A stretch of DNA of 64,000 nt from an uncultured bacterium (GCA_964424735.1 CAYRJU010000006.1:2158-66157); one strand, 5' to 3'; shown: positions 1-9,612, numbered from the stretch's first letter. Notes: generated from the sequence alone by a model not told the origin. Made by a program: numbers and translations.

Positions 1-154
1 GAATTTCTTGGGCGCAAGATACCTTGCCCGTAAAATCTTTATTTTGCACGGCCCACAGGGTATTGAAGATGAGCTCCTCTTCGACCATGTTCAAGAGGAT
101 TTTACCCTCTCCACACCAAGTACCCGGTGAAAATATGAACGAATGGTTAAACAT
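1..154 (-). CDS. Hypothetical protein, 5' part only (runs off the window edge)
   Basis: ATG at 154-152 (minus) is preceded by a GGGAGGGG Shine-Dalgarno-like run (reverse complement of 160-168). The frame stays open to position 1 (MFNHSFIFSPGTWCGEGK...). It is absent from the ORF track because fewer than 60 aa lie inside the window. Confidence 0.3.
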   Translation of the reverse strand, partial: MFNHSFIFSPGTWCGEGKILLNMVEEELIFNTLWAVQNKDFTGKVSCAQEI

Positions 155-238
155 CCGCACCCCTCCCTTCTAAGGACTATAATTCTAAAATACTCCAAAA
201 TCCAAAAAAGGAACAGTCCGAATTGAAATTGAAAAAAC

Positions 239-1366
239 CTAGAACATAAATCTTCTGCTATAAATACTTTGCAGTAAACCCAAAGCCCCCATCGTGGTCA
301 ATAGAGAGCTCCCTCCATAGGTGATGAAGAGGAGGGGTACGCCCGATATGGGAAGAAGCCCGCACATCATCCCGCTGTTGAAAAGAACATGCATAGCCAA
401 ATAAACGGTAAGCCCTGCTGCGAGTAGACGCCCGAAGCGATCTTTCGCCACAGCCGCTACCTGAAAGCTAAAATAGATGAGCGCATAGTAAAGAAGGAAA
501 AAAATAGCGATCCCGACAAGTCCAAATTCCTCCCCATAAGCCGCAAAGACTGAGTCGGTGTGAGCTGCAGGAAGCCATTTGCGACCCGAAAATTCTCCCT
601 TATGCCAACCGCTACCAGTCACTCCTCCAATTGCAATCGCAATTTGCGAGGCTTTTTGATGATAGGTGTTCGGATTGAGGCGCTGGTACTGATATTCTTT
701 TAAAACGCTCGTGAAGAGAGGGCGCATCCGGTCGTGATCGAGAACTCCGAGAAACAAGAGCATGACGACGAGAAGAGCTCCGATCCCAATAGAGGTCACA
801 ATGCGCAAAATTCCTTTGTGGATATTGCCAAAATATCCCATGGCAAGACCGATGGGGTAGAGGATGAGGGCCGTTCCCAAATCGGGCTGTTTGAGGATCA
901 AGAGAAAGGGAATTCCCACGATGCATCCCATCTGAATGGCCGTAGAAAGAGTGGATACCTCTTTTCCTCTACGCTCTAAAAAATAACTCAAGAAAATGAC
1001 GAGAATGAGTTTGGCCTGCTCGGAAGGTTGAAAGCTCGCGAGCCCCGGGATCTTATACCAGCGGTGAACATTTTGAATCGGACTGACAAAAAAAAGACCG
1101 ATCAGAAGAAGAGCGAAGAGAATGTAGAGAAAAGGGCTCCAGCTTCGAAGAATGCGATAATCAAAGCTGCAAGCGAGAAAAAATACGACCCATCCAAGAC
1201 AAAACCAGCGCAGCTGCGCTTTGACAAGAGGCGTCCAAAAGCCACTCCCCTCCTCGGATAATTCGCCCGTCATGGAAGAAATCACGAGAAGACTGATCAT
1301 CATCAGGCCCAAGATCACGGGAAAAACCCGATAGTCGATGCGAGAAAAGATCCACGATTTCCACAT
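239..1366 (-). CDS. rodA: SEDS-family peptidoglycan glycosyltransferase (RodA/FtsW family, RodA-like length)
   Basis: 375 aa polytopic membrane protein. It carries the SEDS motifs 'PAAHTDSVFAAYGEEFGLVG' and C-terminal 'ITYGGSSLL'. Confidence 0.8.
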   Translation of the reverse strand: MWKSWIFSRIDYRVFPVILGLMMISLLVISSMTGELSEEGSGFWTPLVKAQLRWFCLGWVVFFLACSFDYRILRSWSPFLYILFALLLIGLFFVSPIQNVHRWYKIPGLASFQPSEQAKLILVIFLSYFLERRGKEVSTLSTAIQMGCIVGIPFLLILKQPDLGTALILYPIGLAMGYFGNIHKGILRIVTSIGIGALLVVMLLFLGVLDHDRMRPLFTSVLKEYQYQRLNPNTYHQKASQIAIAIGGVTGSGWHKGEFSGRKWLPAAHTDSVFAAYGEEFGLVGIAIFFLLYYALIYFSFQVAAVAKDRFGRLLAAGLTVYLAMHVLFNSGMMCGLLPISGVPLLFITYGGSSLLTTMGALGLLQSIYSRRFMF

Positions 1367-1410
1367 ATAGAGTCGATTCTATTCTCTCATTTTTATATGA
1401 TCAACTCATC

Positions 1411-2127
1411 ATGCACGAAATTCATTTAAAAACGGTCGACTCAACTCAAAAGTATGCAAAAGAACACTCTGGAAATTTTCCCAAGGGAAGCCTCACTTGT
1501 GTGATTGCAGATGAGCAAACGGCCGGGATCGGTAGATTTAAGCGAAAATGGCTCTCTTTCGAAGGAATGGGGCTCTATGTGACATTCTTTTTCACCCTTT
1601 CTCTGAAAAGTTCCTTCGTTTCACTTGCCCAACTGCTCGCTTTGAGTTTTGCAAAAGTGCTCTTGAAAGAAGGGTTAAAACCCGAAATCAAATGGCCCAA
1701 CGACGTCAGGCTCAATGGGAAAAAAATCTCTGGAGTCTTATGTGAAGTGCAAAAACAGGCCGAGCATGTCGATATTTTCCTCGGCATCGGCATCAATGTC
1801 AATCTGGGTGAAGAAGAGCTCTCTCAGATCGATCAGCCCGCCACCTCTTTATTCATGGAGACCCAGAAAGTGTGGAAAAGGGAAGAAATTTTGAAAAAAC
1901 TCCAAAAACAGTTTAGCCAAGATCTCGAAGAGTATAAAAAAGAGGGATTTTCCCCGTTCCTCAAGGTTTTTGAAGAGCTCCTCGCCTTTAAGGGAGAGAC
2001 CATCCGCTGTTTCGATGGGAAAAAAACCTGGGAAGGCATCTGTCATTCGCTCACGAAAGAGGGAGGGCTCAATCTCCTCTTACCCGATGGACAGCTGCAC
2101 ACCGTCTTATCCGGAGATATCCATTGA
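1411..2127 (+). CDS. birA: Biotin--[acetyl-CoA-carboxylase] ligase (group I, no N-terminal HTH)
   Basis: 238 aa. The biotin-binding loop 'GIGRFKRKW' matches the GRGRxGRxW type, and 'ISGVLCE' and 'GIGINV' blocks are present. Confidence 0.85.
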   Translation: MHEIHLKTVDSTQKYAKEHSGNFPKGSLTCVIADEQTAGIGRFKRKWLSFEGMGLYVTFFFTLSLKSSFVSLAQLLALSFAKVLLKEGLKPEIKWPNDVRLNGKKISGVLCEVQKQAEHVDIFLGIGINVNLGEEELSQIDQPATSLFMETQKVWKREEILKKLQKQFSQDLEEYKKEGFSPFLKVFEELLAFKGETIRCFDGKKTWEGICHSLTKEGGLNLLLPDGQLHTVLSGDIH

Positions 2128-2847
2128 AGGCGTGACAAAGAGAGAGGGGTGAACGCGCGCTCTCAAAATTTTCTGAATGGCCGAGAGTGTAGATCCCGTC
2201 GCCGAATGGCAAGTGGTGCAAGCGCCTTGATACGAGATGAGGATTTCGCCACTTTCCCGAAACTCGATCAATTGGACTCCCCCCGCATCGAGTTCGATGT
2301 AGGGACGGATCTCTTTATCGAGTACCTCTTCGACAATTTGAACTTTTTGATGATGGGGAAATTCTGCCCAACCGGGAATGCCGCCAGGGATTTCGCCAAA
2401 ATCATTTTCGATGGGTGTCGTATCATAAGTCGCATGAAACGGAATATCGAGACACTGCTCAATGGCCTTGTCGATGGCCGATAAGACCTGATTGAGGTAA
2501 GAGCCGCACTCTTTGGGAAAAGCGGGAGTGTCTTTTCGATCTCGGACATGCTGGTCGAGAAGGTCGGTATTGAGACGCGAAACCTGATCGTAGTTTTTCC
2601 GAATCACGAGTTCGGTCGCAACCTCTGCAGCGGCGATGAGACCCAATGGACCAAAGACCTGAAATTTGGCATCGGCAATCACCCCATCCGACTCATCGAC
2701 GAGCCAGTAAAATTTCAACTTCCCCTCTTGTCCAATGACGAGCCGCATTCCCTTTTCTTTAGCAAGCGCTGGAGTAAAAAAACCGACAAAGCGGAGCCGA
2801 TCGATCTTTTCTCTCAGCTTTTTACTCAAAGATTCCCAATCGATCAT
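2107..2847 (-). CDS. NifU-like protein: degenerate IscU-like N-domain plus Nfu-type C-domain
   Basis: The C-terminal 'GACTTCHSATGSTL' CxxC Nfu motif is present. The N-domain aligns to IscU but lacks two of the three ligand Cys ('EGKL' and 'FGPLG' replace 'ACGD' and 'YGCGS'). Confidence 0.7.
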   Translation of the reverse strand: MIDWESLSKKLREKIDRLRFVGFFTPALAKEKGMRLVIGQEGKLKFYWLVDESDGVIADAKFQVFGPLGLIAAAEVATELVIRKNYDQVSRLNTDLLDQHVRDRKDTPAFPKECGSYLNQVLSAIDKAIEQCLDIPFHATYDTTPIENDFGEIPGGIPGWAEFPHHQKVQIVEEVLDKEIRPYIELDAGGVQLIEFRESGEILISYQGACTTCHSATGSTLSAIQKILRARVHPSLFVTPSMDISG

Positions 2848-3890
2848 AAATCCTCCGAAAGAAGTTGGAGTTCTCGTACCGCTTCATTGATGATTTTAGC
2901 AGCTTGGATAATCTCCTCTTCCGTTGTCATCCGGCTCAAAGAGAAACTGATTGCCGTTTCATCGATGGTAGAAAGAGAGGGAGCTTGAGAGCCTCCGATG
3001 GTTGCAAAAACCCCTTTTCGATTGAGGAAATAGAGTAGCGCTTCTTGGTGTATCTTTTCAAAAGCGATGAGAGAGGTATTGGGAAGACGAAAACTTTCTC
3101 GGTAGAGCACTTTGCCATGGACCAAGGATTCCAATAAATTGCGCAGGCGCACTCCTTCTAGAACCATCGTGTCGATATAGAGAAGAGCAAGCCTTGCCGC
3201 AGAGCTCAAAGAGAGAAAAGAGGGAAAATCGAAAGAGCCTCCCAAAATGAGAGGGACGAGAGGCGCATCTGCTTTTGCAAAGAGAGCGCCAGACCCTTTG
3301 ACCGAGTGGATCCGATCTCCCGAGAAGGTGAGATAATCGGACTGAAATTCAAGTGGATATTTGCCAACTGCATAAGTCGCATCAAAATGGACGAGGACTT
3401 TTTTTTCCCTTGCCATCTCGAGAATTTCACTTGCAGGCTGAATGACTCCCGTAAGTCCGTGGGCAAGTGTCGTCGAAATGAGTGCGGTTCGAGGGCTGAT
3501 GAGTTTTTCCAACGCATCCAAATCGATTGCGCCATCTCGAATAGGGGCAATTTTAATCGTACAGCCGAGCTCTTCGAGTCTTTTTGCCGAACGGAGAGTC
3601 GGAGCATCTTCAATACTCGAGACAATGAAATGGGTTTTTCCCGTTTTCCGAGCCACTTCTAGAAAGACAGAGAGAAAAACCTGATTCACCCCTTCAGCAC
3701 CTGAAGAGGTAAAGACAAAGCGATCGGGAATTTTTGCCCCGACGAGATCGTAGATCGGCTGATCGCGCGCTTCGAGCTTTTTATGAGAAAAGGGCCTCCA
3801 ATGCTCTTTCAGGCAAAGAGTCATTTGCTCTAAGGCATCCGAACAGGGAGGAGTTTCCGAATGGTGATCAAGATAGATCATAGCGTCCAC
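2844..3890 (-). CDS. NifS/IscS-like class V aminotransferase-fold protein, probably catalytically inactive
   Basis: 348 aa with full-length resemblance to cysteine desulfurases ('FTSSGAEG', 'HFDATYAVGK', 'FSLSRMTTEEEI'). The 'GHK' PLP-Lys motif reads 'GDR', and there is no Cys in the active-site loop region ('TIGGSQAPS'). Confidence 0.7.
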   Translation of the reverse strand: MDAMIYLDHHSETPPCSDALEQMTLCLKEHWRPFSHKKLEARDQPIYDLVGAKIPDRFVFTSSGAEGVNQVFLSVFLEVARKTGKTHFIVSSIEDAPTLRSAKRLEELGCTIKIAPIRDGAIDLDALEKLISPRTALISTTLAHGLTGVIQPASEILEMAREKKVLVHFDATYAVGKYPLEFQSDYLTFSGDRIHSVKGSGALFAKADAPLVPLILGGSFDFPSFLSLSSAARLALLYIDTMVLEGVRLRNLLESLVHGKVLYRESFRLPNTSLIAFEKIHQEALLYFLNRKGVFATIGGSQAPSLSTIDETAISFSLSRMTTEEEIIQAAKIINEAVRELQLLSEDL

Positions 3891-4548
3891 TCGAATAGGT
3901 ATAGATACGGGGATCCCCCGTGGGAAGCTCGAGAGCGACCACCTCTTCTTTGCTCAAATGCTCAATATGCATGACAATCGAGCGAAGCGAATTCCCATGC
4001 GCCGAAATGAGGACCGTTTTCCCCTGTTCTAGGTGGGGAACGATCTCTTTTTTAAAATAGGGAAGGGTTCTCTCCGCGGTCATCTTTAAACTCTCCCCTT
4101 CTGGCGGCTTGACATCGAAACTACGCCTCCAGAGTTGGACCTGCTCTTTCCCATATTTTTCGGCTGTTTCTGCTTTGTTCAAGCCCTGTAACTCGCCATA
4201 CATCCGTTCATTCAATTCCCAAGAGGAATAGACCGGTATGAGCTGTTTTTGGGCCTCTTCGCTATAGACCTGCCCCCACTCTTCGAGTTTTCCTTCTCCC
4301 GGATGGAGAAAGACCGGAATTTTTTTGCTCTTGTGGTGTAAGAGGGCTAAAGGCACTGTCATTTGGGCTCTAATGAGAGAGGAGGTAAAAATCACGTCGA
4401 TCGGAACCCCTTCGATCTTTTTCCCCGCTTTGAGACATTCTTGGATCCCCTCTTCACTCATGGGGATATCGACCCAGCCAGTAAAGAGATTTTTTTGATT
4501 CCAGATCGATTGGCCATGCCTGAGGAGAATGAGTTTTGTCTGTTTCAT
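3868..4548 (-). CDS. gpmA: 2,3-bisphosphoglycerate-dependent phosphoglycerate mutase
   Basis: The N-terminal catalytic motif 'LILLRHGQSIWNQKNLFTGWVD' (RHG) and 'SAHGNSLR' are present. 226 aa. Confidence 0.92.
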   Translation of the reverse strand: MKQTKLILLRHGQSIWNQKNLFTGWVDIPMSEEGIQECLKAGKKIEGVPIDVIFTSSLIRAQMTVPLALLHHKSKKIPVFLHPGEGKLEEWGQVYSEEAQKQLIPVYSSWELNERMYGELQGLNKAETAEKYGKEQVQLWRRSFDVKPPEGESLKMTAERTLPYFKKEIVPHLEQGKTVLISAHGNSLRSIVMHIEHLSKEEVVALELPTGDPRIYTYSSGRYDLS

Positions 4549-4596
4549 ATTTTAAAAGTTTATCAGAAACGGGGTTTCCCTTATACTCTTAGCACT

Positions 4597-5304
4597 ATGA
4601 AAAAGAGATTGAGCAAAGCGCTGGCCGCTGCAGGGATCGCTTCCCGAAGAGCCTGTGAAGAAATTATTTTTGCCGGAAGGGTGCAAGTCAATGGGGAGAC
4701 GATCAAGCTCCCTCAACATCACGTAGATTGGGAAGAAGACCAGATTTCCGTCGATGGCGAAAAGGTCTCGACCGAGCAAAAAAAAGTCTACTACATGCTC
4801 AACAAGCCGACGGGCTATATCTGCACGAGCACTCGCCCCGGTAAAAAAAAGATTGTGCTCGATCTTTTTCCTGAAGCGGACGAAAGAATCTTTACAGTGG
4901 GGCGTTTAGACAAGGAAACTTCGGGGCTACTGCTCGTGACTAACGACGGAAAGTTTGCCAACGAGGTGATCCACCCCTCTTTCAATATCACTAAAGAATA
5001 CGTGGTCAAAACCCTCCAAGAAATCACTCCCGAGCATTTGGAAACCCTTTCTCAAGGGGCACGGGTCGATGAGAAATGGGTCCGTCCTGTCTTCGTGCAA
5101 AAGGTGCGAAAAGGAACAGTTAGGATCTGCGTCAAAGAGGGCAAAAAACACGAAGTGCGCATCATTGCCGAAAGGGCAGGGCTCAAAATCATCGAATTGA
5201 CCCGCGTCCGGATCGGATCTCTTCTCTTAGGGAGACTCCCCGTTGGAGAGTATCGTCCCCTGACAGAGCGGGATAAAGATCTATTGTTTCGTTCTTCAAA
5301 ATAG
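4597..5304 (+). CDS. RsuA/RluB-family pseudouridine synthase with N-terminal S4 domain
   Basis: The ORF-track ORF starts at 4363 but overlaps gpmA. The internal ATG at 4597 gives 'MKKRLSKALAAAGIASRRACEEII..GRVQVNG' (S4 domain). The catalytic 'GRLDKETSGLLLVTNDG' follows. Confidence 0.85.
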   Translation: MKKRLSKALAAAGIASRRACEEIIFAGRVQVNGETIKLPQHHVDWEEDQISVDGEKVSTEQKKVYYMLNKPTGYICTSTRPGKKKIVLDLFPEADERIFTVGRLDKETSGLLLVTNDGKFANEVIHPSFNITKEYVVKTLQEITPEHLETLSQGARVDEKWVRPVFVQKVRKGTVRICVKEGKKHEVRIIAERAGLKIIELTRVRIGSLLLGRLPVGEYRPLTERDKDLLFRSSK

Positions 5305-5338
5305 TCGTTTCGGCTACACTGGAAAAAAGGAGCCGACA

Positions 5339-5584
5339 ATGTCTCAAGTTTCCCCTACCGATGATTCTGGAAGTTTGCCCTACAAACCTCAGTATAGAGT
5401 TTCTCCTGAATTCAGAAAATTTTGGGAAAAACTCTTCAAAGGAACCGAACTCAGCGATAAAGAAGTTCAACAGATGACCGACCAATTTGTCAAAAAAGTC
5501 TCCGATGATATGAACCACACCCTCAATTGGGCAATTCAACAGCAAAAAAAACGGGACCAAGAAGAGCAGAAAAGCGAAGAATGA
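5339..5584 (+). CDS. Small hypothetical protein (81 aa, Lys/Glu-rich C-terminus)
   Basis: Intergenic-sized ORF that does not overlap its neighbours. I recognised no motif. Confidence 0.4.
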   Translation: MSQVSPTDDSGSLPYKPQYRVSPEFRKFWEKLFKGTELSDKEVQQMTDQFVKKVSDDMNHTLNWAIQQQKKRDQEEQKSEE

Positions 5585-5623
5585 CGATTGTCTTTATGAG
5601 ACAGATCAGATAGAATCCCCCCC

Positions 5624-6862
5624 GTGATTTCAATTCAGATTGTAGCTCTACTCTTAGGCTTTTACATGGCCTGGAATATTGGCGCAAATGATGTCGCCAA
5701 TGCGATGGGAACATCTGTCGGCTCGAAAGCGCTCACCTTGAAAAAAGCGGTCCTTCTCGCAGCCATTCTCGAATTTTCCGGGGCTTATTTCGTAGGAGGA
5801 GGCGTCTCTGAAACCATTCAGAAAGGCATCATCGAACCGAGCCTTTTTCAAGGAGAGCCAATGGTTTTTGTCTTTGGAATGTTGGGCTCTTTATTGGCAA
5901 CGGGGGCCTCTCTCCAAGTAGCCTCCTATTTTGGCCTCCCTGTATCGACAACCCATGCGATTGTGGGCGCTGTACTCGGATTCGGTCTTTGCTTTGGGGG
6001 CATCGGTGCCGTTCATTGGAACGTTTTGGGGTGGATTGCGGCGAGTTGGATCCTCTCTCCTGTTTTGAGCGGAGTTGTCTCCTACTTCATCTTCTCGCTT
6101 ATCCAAAAAAAGATCCTCTTTGCCTCTGATCCAATTGCCGCTTCTCAAAAATTTTCCCCTTTTCTCGTTTTTCTCTGTTTTGGCATCGCCACGCTGAGTC
6201 TCGTCTACCAAGGGATGGATTTAGATCTCTCTTTGCCAACTGTTTCGGCCATTTCCTGTTCGATAGGTCTTTTAGCCGCTCTTCTCAGCCGTCCTTTTGT
6301 CATGAAAAAACCGGTTCTGCAATTCCCTTCTCACTCCATGCATCTCCCCTCTCAGGGTGTTGAGAGCCTTTTCATTGTCCTTCAAATCTTGAGCGCCTGT
6401 CTCGTCGCCTTTGCTCATGGAGCCAACGATGTGGCCAATGCCATTGGACCCGTTGCCGCCGTGATGGATGTTCTCAAAAACCAGACGATCTCTGGCGAGT
6501 CGGCGGTCCCTGCCTGGCTCCTTGCCCTAGGCGGCTTTGGGATCGTGATCGGCCTTGCCACTTGGGGTTGGCGTGTCATAGAGACGATTGGAGAAAAGAT
6601 CACCGAATTGACACCGACGAGAGGTTTTTCTGCAGAATTTGGGGCCGCAACCACAATCCTGCTTGCCTCCAAAATGGGTCTGCCCATTTCGACGACGCAC
6701 GCTCTCATTGGGGCTGTCCTTGGAGTGGGAATGGCGCGAGGCATCAAGGCGCTCAATTTGCAAACAGTCAAAGAAATTGTCATCTCCTGGATCGTCACGA
6801 TCCCTCTATGCGCCCTTCTCAGCATCCTCGCTTTTTATCTTCTCAAGTTCTCCTTTTCCTAA
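5624..6862 (+). CDS. pit: Inorganic phosphate transporter, PiT family
   Basis: The duplicated PiT signature appears as 'GANDVANAMGTSVG' and 'GANDVANAIGP'. 412 aa polytopic protein. Confidence 0.9.
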   Translation: MISIQIVALLLGFYMAWNIGANDVANAMGTSVGSKALTLKKAVLLAAILEFSGAYFVGGGVSETIQKGIIEPSLFQGEPMVFVFGMLGSLLATGASLQVASYFGLPVSTTHAIVGAVLGFGLCFGGIGAVHWNVLGWIAASWILSPVLSGVVSYFIFSLIQKKILFASDPIAASQKFSPFLVFLCFGIATLSLVYQGMDLDLSLPTVSAISCSIGLLAALLSRPFVMKKPVLQFPSHSMHLPSQGVESLFIVLQILSACLVAFAHGANDVANAIGPVAAVMDVLKNQTISGESAVPAWLLALGGFGIVIGLATWGWRVIETIGEKITELTPTRGFSAEFGAATTILLASKMGLPISTTHALIGAVLGVGMARGIKALNLQTVKEIVISWIVTIPLCALLSILAFYLLKFSFS

Positions 6863-7031
6863 GAGACTGTTAACGGAATTTGCAAGTGTTGGATTCTAAG
6901 GTGTTTTTGATGAGATTCGTTTTTTTTCTCGCGGGCGGCATATGCCGGCAGCTTCATAGCTCCCGCGAGAAGAAAACGAATATCGCAAAAAGACCTTAGA
7001 AGGCAACCTTGAAAATTCCGTTAACAGTCTC
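6863..7031. repeat. 169-bp imperfect palindrome (long hairpin / MITE-like element) filling the pit-glgP intergenic region
   Basis: The outermost arms 'gagactgttaacggaattt' (6863-6881) and 'aaattccgttaacagtctc' (7013-7031) pair perfectly over 19 bp. The innermost arms 'ttctcgcggg' / 'cccgcgagaa' pair perfectly over 10 bp. The middle is imperfectly complementary. 'taa' flanks both ends (6860-62 and 7032-34). Confidence 0.85.
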
Positions 7032-7044
7032 TAATATAAGGGAT

Positions 7045-9546
7045 ATGGATATCGGTGCTCAAGCAGACGGCCTCGTACAAAAAATCAAACATCTCGTTCT
7101 GACAACTAGTGGCCATGCCCTAGCGGATGCGACGATCGAAGAATTTTATCAGGCCTTTTGTCTCTCTTTGCGCGAAGAGATCATGATCCACCACAGCGGG
7201 ACTCTTGAGACTTTTCAGCAGAAAAAACCGAGAATGATCAATTACATCTCGATGGAGCACATGCCGGGGCGTCTCCTCGGCAATAACATCACGAACATGG
7301 GAGCGAATCAACTCGTCCAAGCCGTGTTGAAGAAACTAGATCGGGATTTAAAGGATCTCATTTCCTGCGAGGCCGATCCAGGCCTTGGCAATGGGGGATT
7401 GGGCAGGCTTGCCTCCTGTTTTCTCGACTCTTTGGCCACTTTGAACTACCCTGCTCGCGGCTATGGCCTTCGCTATCAATATGGCATTTTCGAGCAGGAG
7501 ATCTGGAACGGTCAGCAAGTAGAAAGACCCGATTGCTGGCTGCTCAATGAAAATCCGTGGGAGCAAAGACGAGATGGTTTTGCTGCCAATATCCATTTTG
7601 GAGGCAATCTCATCCAAAGCCAAAACAAACATGGAGATGAGGTCTATCTCCTCGAAAATTCTGAAGAGGTACGGGCCCTTCCCTATGACACGCCGATTTT
7701 AGGCTACTCTGAAAAGAGCAATTACGCCGTCCTCCTCTTGCGTCTTTGGTCAACTAAGGAATCTCCTCGCAATTTTGCTCTTCAGAGATTCAATGCCGGC
7801 TTTTTGGGGCAAGCTTCGGAAAATACCTCTTTGACAGATGTTCTCTATCCAAATGACAACAATGAGCTGGGGAAGCGAGTCCGTCTCAAGCAGGAGTTCC
7901 TCCTCGTATCTGCTTCTTTTCAAGATATTTTACGCCGCCACTTACACACTTTTGGAGATTTGAGTGCTTTTACCGATAAAGTGCGGATTCAAATCAACGA
8001 CACCCATCCAGCTCTCATCATCGCAGAAATCGTGCGGGTTTTGACCAAAAATTTTGACTTTTCCTGGAATGAGGCCTGGGAAGCTTGCCAAACCATCTGC
8101 AGCTACACCAATCACACCATTTTGAAAGAGGCCCTCGAAGAATGGAATGAAAAGAGAGTCCAAGAGCTTCTTCCGCGCCAATATCGAATCATTCAAAAGC
8201 TCAATCAAAATTTCTGCGATCAGGTACGTGCCCGTTTTCCGAATGATGAGGAGCGGGTACGCCGCCTTTCGATCATCGAAGGGGGGCAAATCCGCATGGC
8301 CCACCTCGCGATTGCGGGCTCGCACAAGGTCAATGGGGTTTCCAGGTTGCATGGCAAACTCTTGAAGGAAAACGTATTTCGCGATTTTGCCGAATTCTAT
8401 CCAGATAAATTCACTTTCATCACGAATGGAGTGACACAGCGCCGCTGGCTTTTGCATGCCAATCCCCTTTTGGCCGAGTTCATCACTAAGAGGATTGGAA
8501 GGGGCTGGACCTGTCACTTTCCAGAGATTGAAAATTTGGCAAAATTTGCCTCCGATCCTAAATCCCAGGAAGAGTTTCTAAAAATCAAGAGGGAAAATAA
8601 AGAGAGGTTGCTCGCTTTTTTGACGAGAGAAAACATGGTGCGAGATGCGAAGGGGAAAATCGTTTCTCATTCCCATAGCCTCAATACAGACGCCCTTTTC
8701 GATGTACAGATCAAGCGCATCCATGAATATAAACGGCAGCTCTTGAACGCGCTCCACCTGATCATGCTCCTGCAGGAAAAAGAAACAAGGCCTATCAAGC
8801 GCTTTTCCATTTTCGCTGGAAAGGCAGCTCCAGGCTATTCGAGAGCCAAACAGATCATCCATCTCATCTCGGCACTCGAGCGCACCATCCATCAAGACGA
8901 GAAATTGAAAGACCGATTCTGCGTTGCTTTCGTCGAAAATTACAATGTGAGTCGGGCCGAGCTCATCATTCCGGCTGCCGATCTTTCCGAACAAATTTCG
9001 ACAGCTGGCTGGGAGGCTTCTGGAACGGGGAATATGAAGCTCGCCATCAACGGAGCTCTCACGATTGGCACAGAAGATGGCGCGAACATCGAAATGCGAG
9101 AAGCCGTGGGAGATTCTTGGTGGCCCTTCCGTTTTGGCGCTACGGCTCTTGAAAATAAAGAGCCCTTCCACCCGCAGGAGATTCTGAACCGAGATCCAGC
9201 TATTCGAAAGGCCGTTGAAACGCTACGTGATCAAACGTTTGCCGAAAATGCAGAAGAGGCGAGCGCCTTTTTAGAGATCTATGAGAGCCTCACTGAGCAA
9301 GACCCGTTCCACGTCCTAAAGGATTTACGCAGTTACTATGAAGCGCAAAAGAAAGTGGAAACTCTCTTTCTTCAAAAGAACAAATGGGCCGAGACAGCGC
9401 TTCACAATATCGCGGCTATGGGCAAATTCTCAACTGACGAATCGATCCGGAATTACGCAAACAACATCTGGGGACTCAAGCCATGTCCTCCCGATCCCGA
9501 AATTCTCAAAAAGCTGCGCAACGACTGCTCCGCCCCCCATTCCTAA
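7045..9546 (+). CDS. glgP: Glycogen (alpha-glucan) phosphorylase
   Basis: About 830 aa. GT35 motifs 'GLGNGGLGRLA' and the PLP region 'EASGTGNMKLAINGALTIGTEDGANIE' are present. I chose the ATG at 7045 because the track start at 7009 lies inside the palindrome. Confidence 0.93.
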   Translation: MDIGAQADGLVQKIKHLVLTTSGHALADATIEEFYQAFCLSLREEIMIHHSGTLETFQQKKPRMINYISMEHMPGRLLGNNITNMGANQLVQAVLKKLDRDLKDLISCEADPGLGNGGLGRLASCFLDSLATLNYPARGYGLRYQYGIFEQEIWNGQQVERPDCWLLNENPWEQRRDGFAANIHFGGNLIQSQNKHGDEVYLLENSEEVRALPYDTPILGYSEKSNYAVLLLRLWSTKESPRNFALQRFNAGFLGQASENTSLTDVLYPNDNNELGKRVRLKQEFLLVSASFQDILRRHLHTFGDLSAFTDKVRIQINDTHPALIIAEIVRVLTKNFDFSWNEAWEACQTICSYTNHTILKEALEEWNEKRVQELLPRQYRIIQKLNQNFCDQVRARFPNDEERVRRLSIIEGGQIRMAHLAIAGSHKVNGVSRLHGKLLKENVFRDFAEFYPDKFTFITNGVTQRRWLLHANPLLAEFITKRIGRGWTCHFPEIENLAKFASDPKSQEEFLKIKRENKERLLAFLTRENMVRDAKGKIVSHSHSLNTDALFDVQIKRIHEYKRQLLNALHLIMLLQEKETRPIKRFSIFAGKAAPGYSRAKQIIHLISALERTIHQDEKLKDRFCVAFVENYNVSRAELIIPAADLSEQISTAGWEASGTGNMKLAINGALTIGTEDGANIEMREAVGDSWWPFRFGATALENKEPFHPQEILNRDPAIRKAVETLRDQTFAENAEEASAFLEIYESLTEQDPFHVLKDLRSYYEAQKKVETLFLQKNKWAETALHNIAAMGKFSTDESIRNYANNIWGLKPCPPDPEILKKLRNDCSAPHS

Positions 9547-9612
9547 TTTTGCCATTTTTCCCTAGAGAGGTTTTGGAGAAATGTATAAGACAACTTGTTT
9601 TAAGAGGTTTCT

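Noticed and set aside
4363-4596. N-terminal 78-aa extension of the pseudouridine synthase ORF
   Set aside because: The extension overlaps gpmA on the opposite strand. The S4 domain begins right at the internal ATG (4597).
7942-9171. Two antisense ORFs of 191 and 197 aa inside glgP
   Set aside because: Both are fully contained in the strongly supported glycogen phosphorylase CDS and are shadow ORFs.
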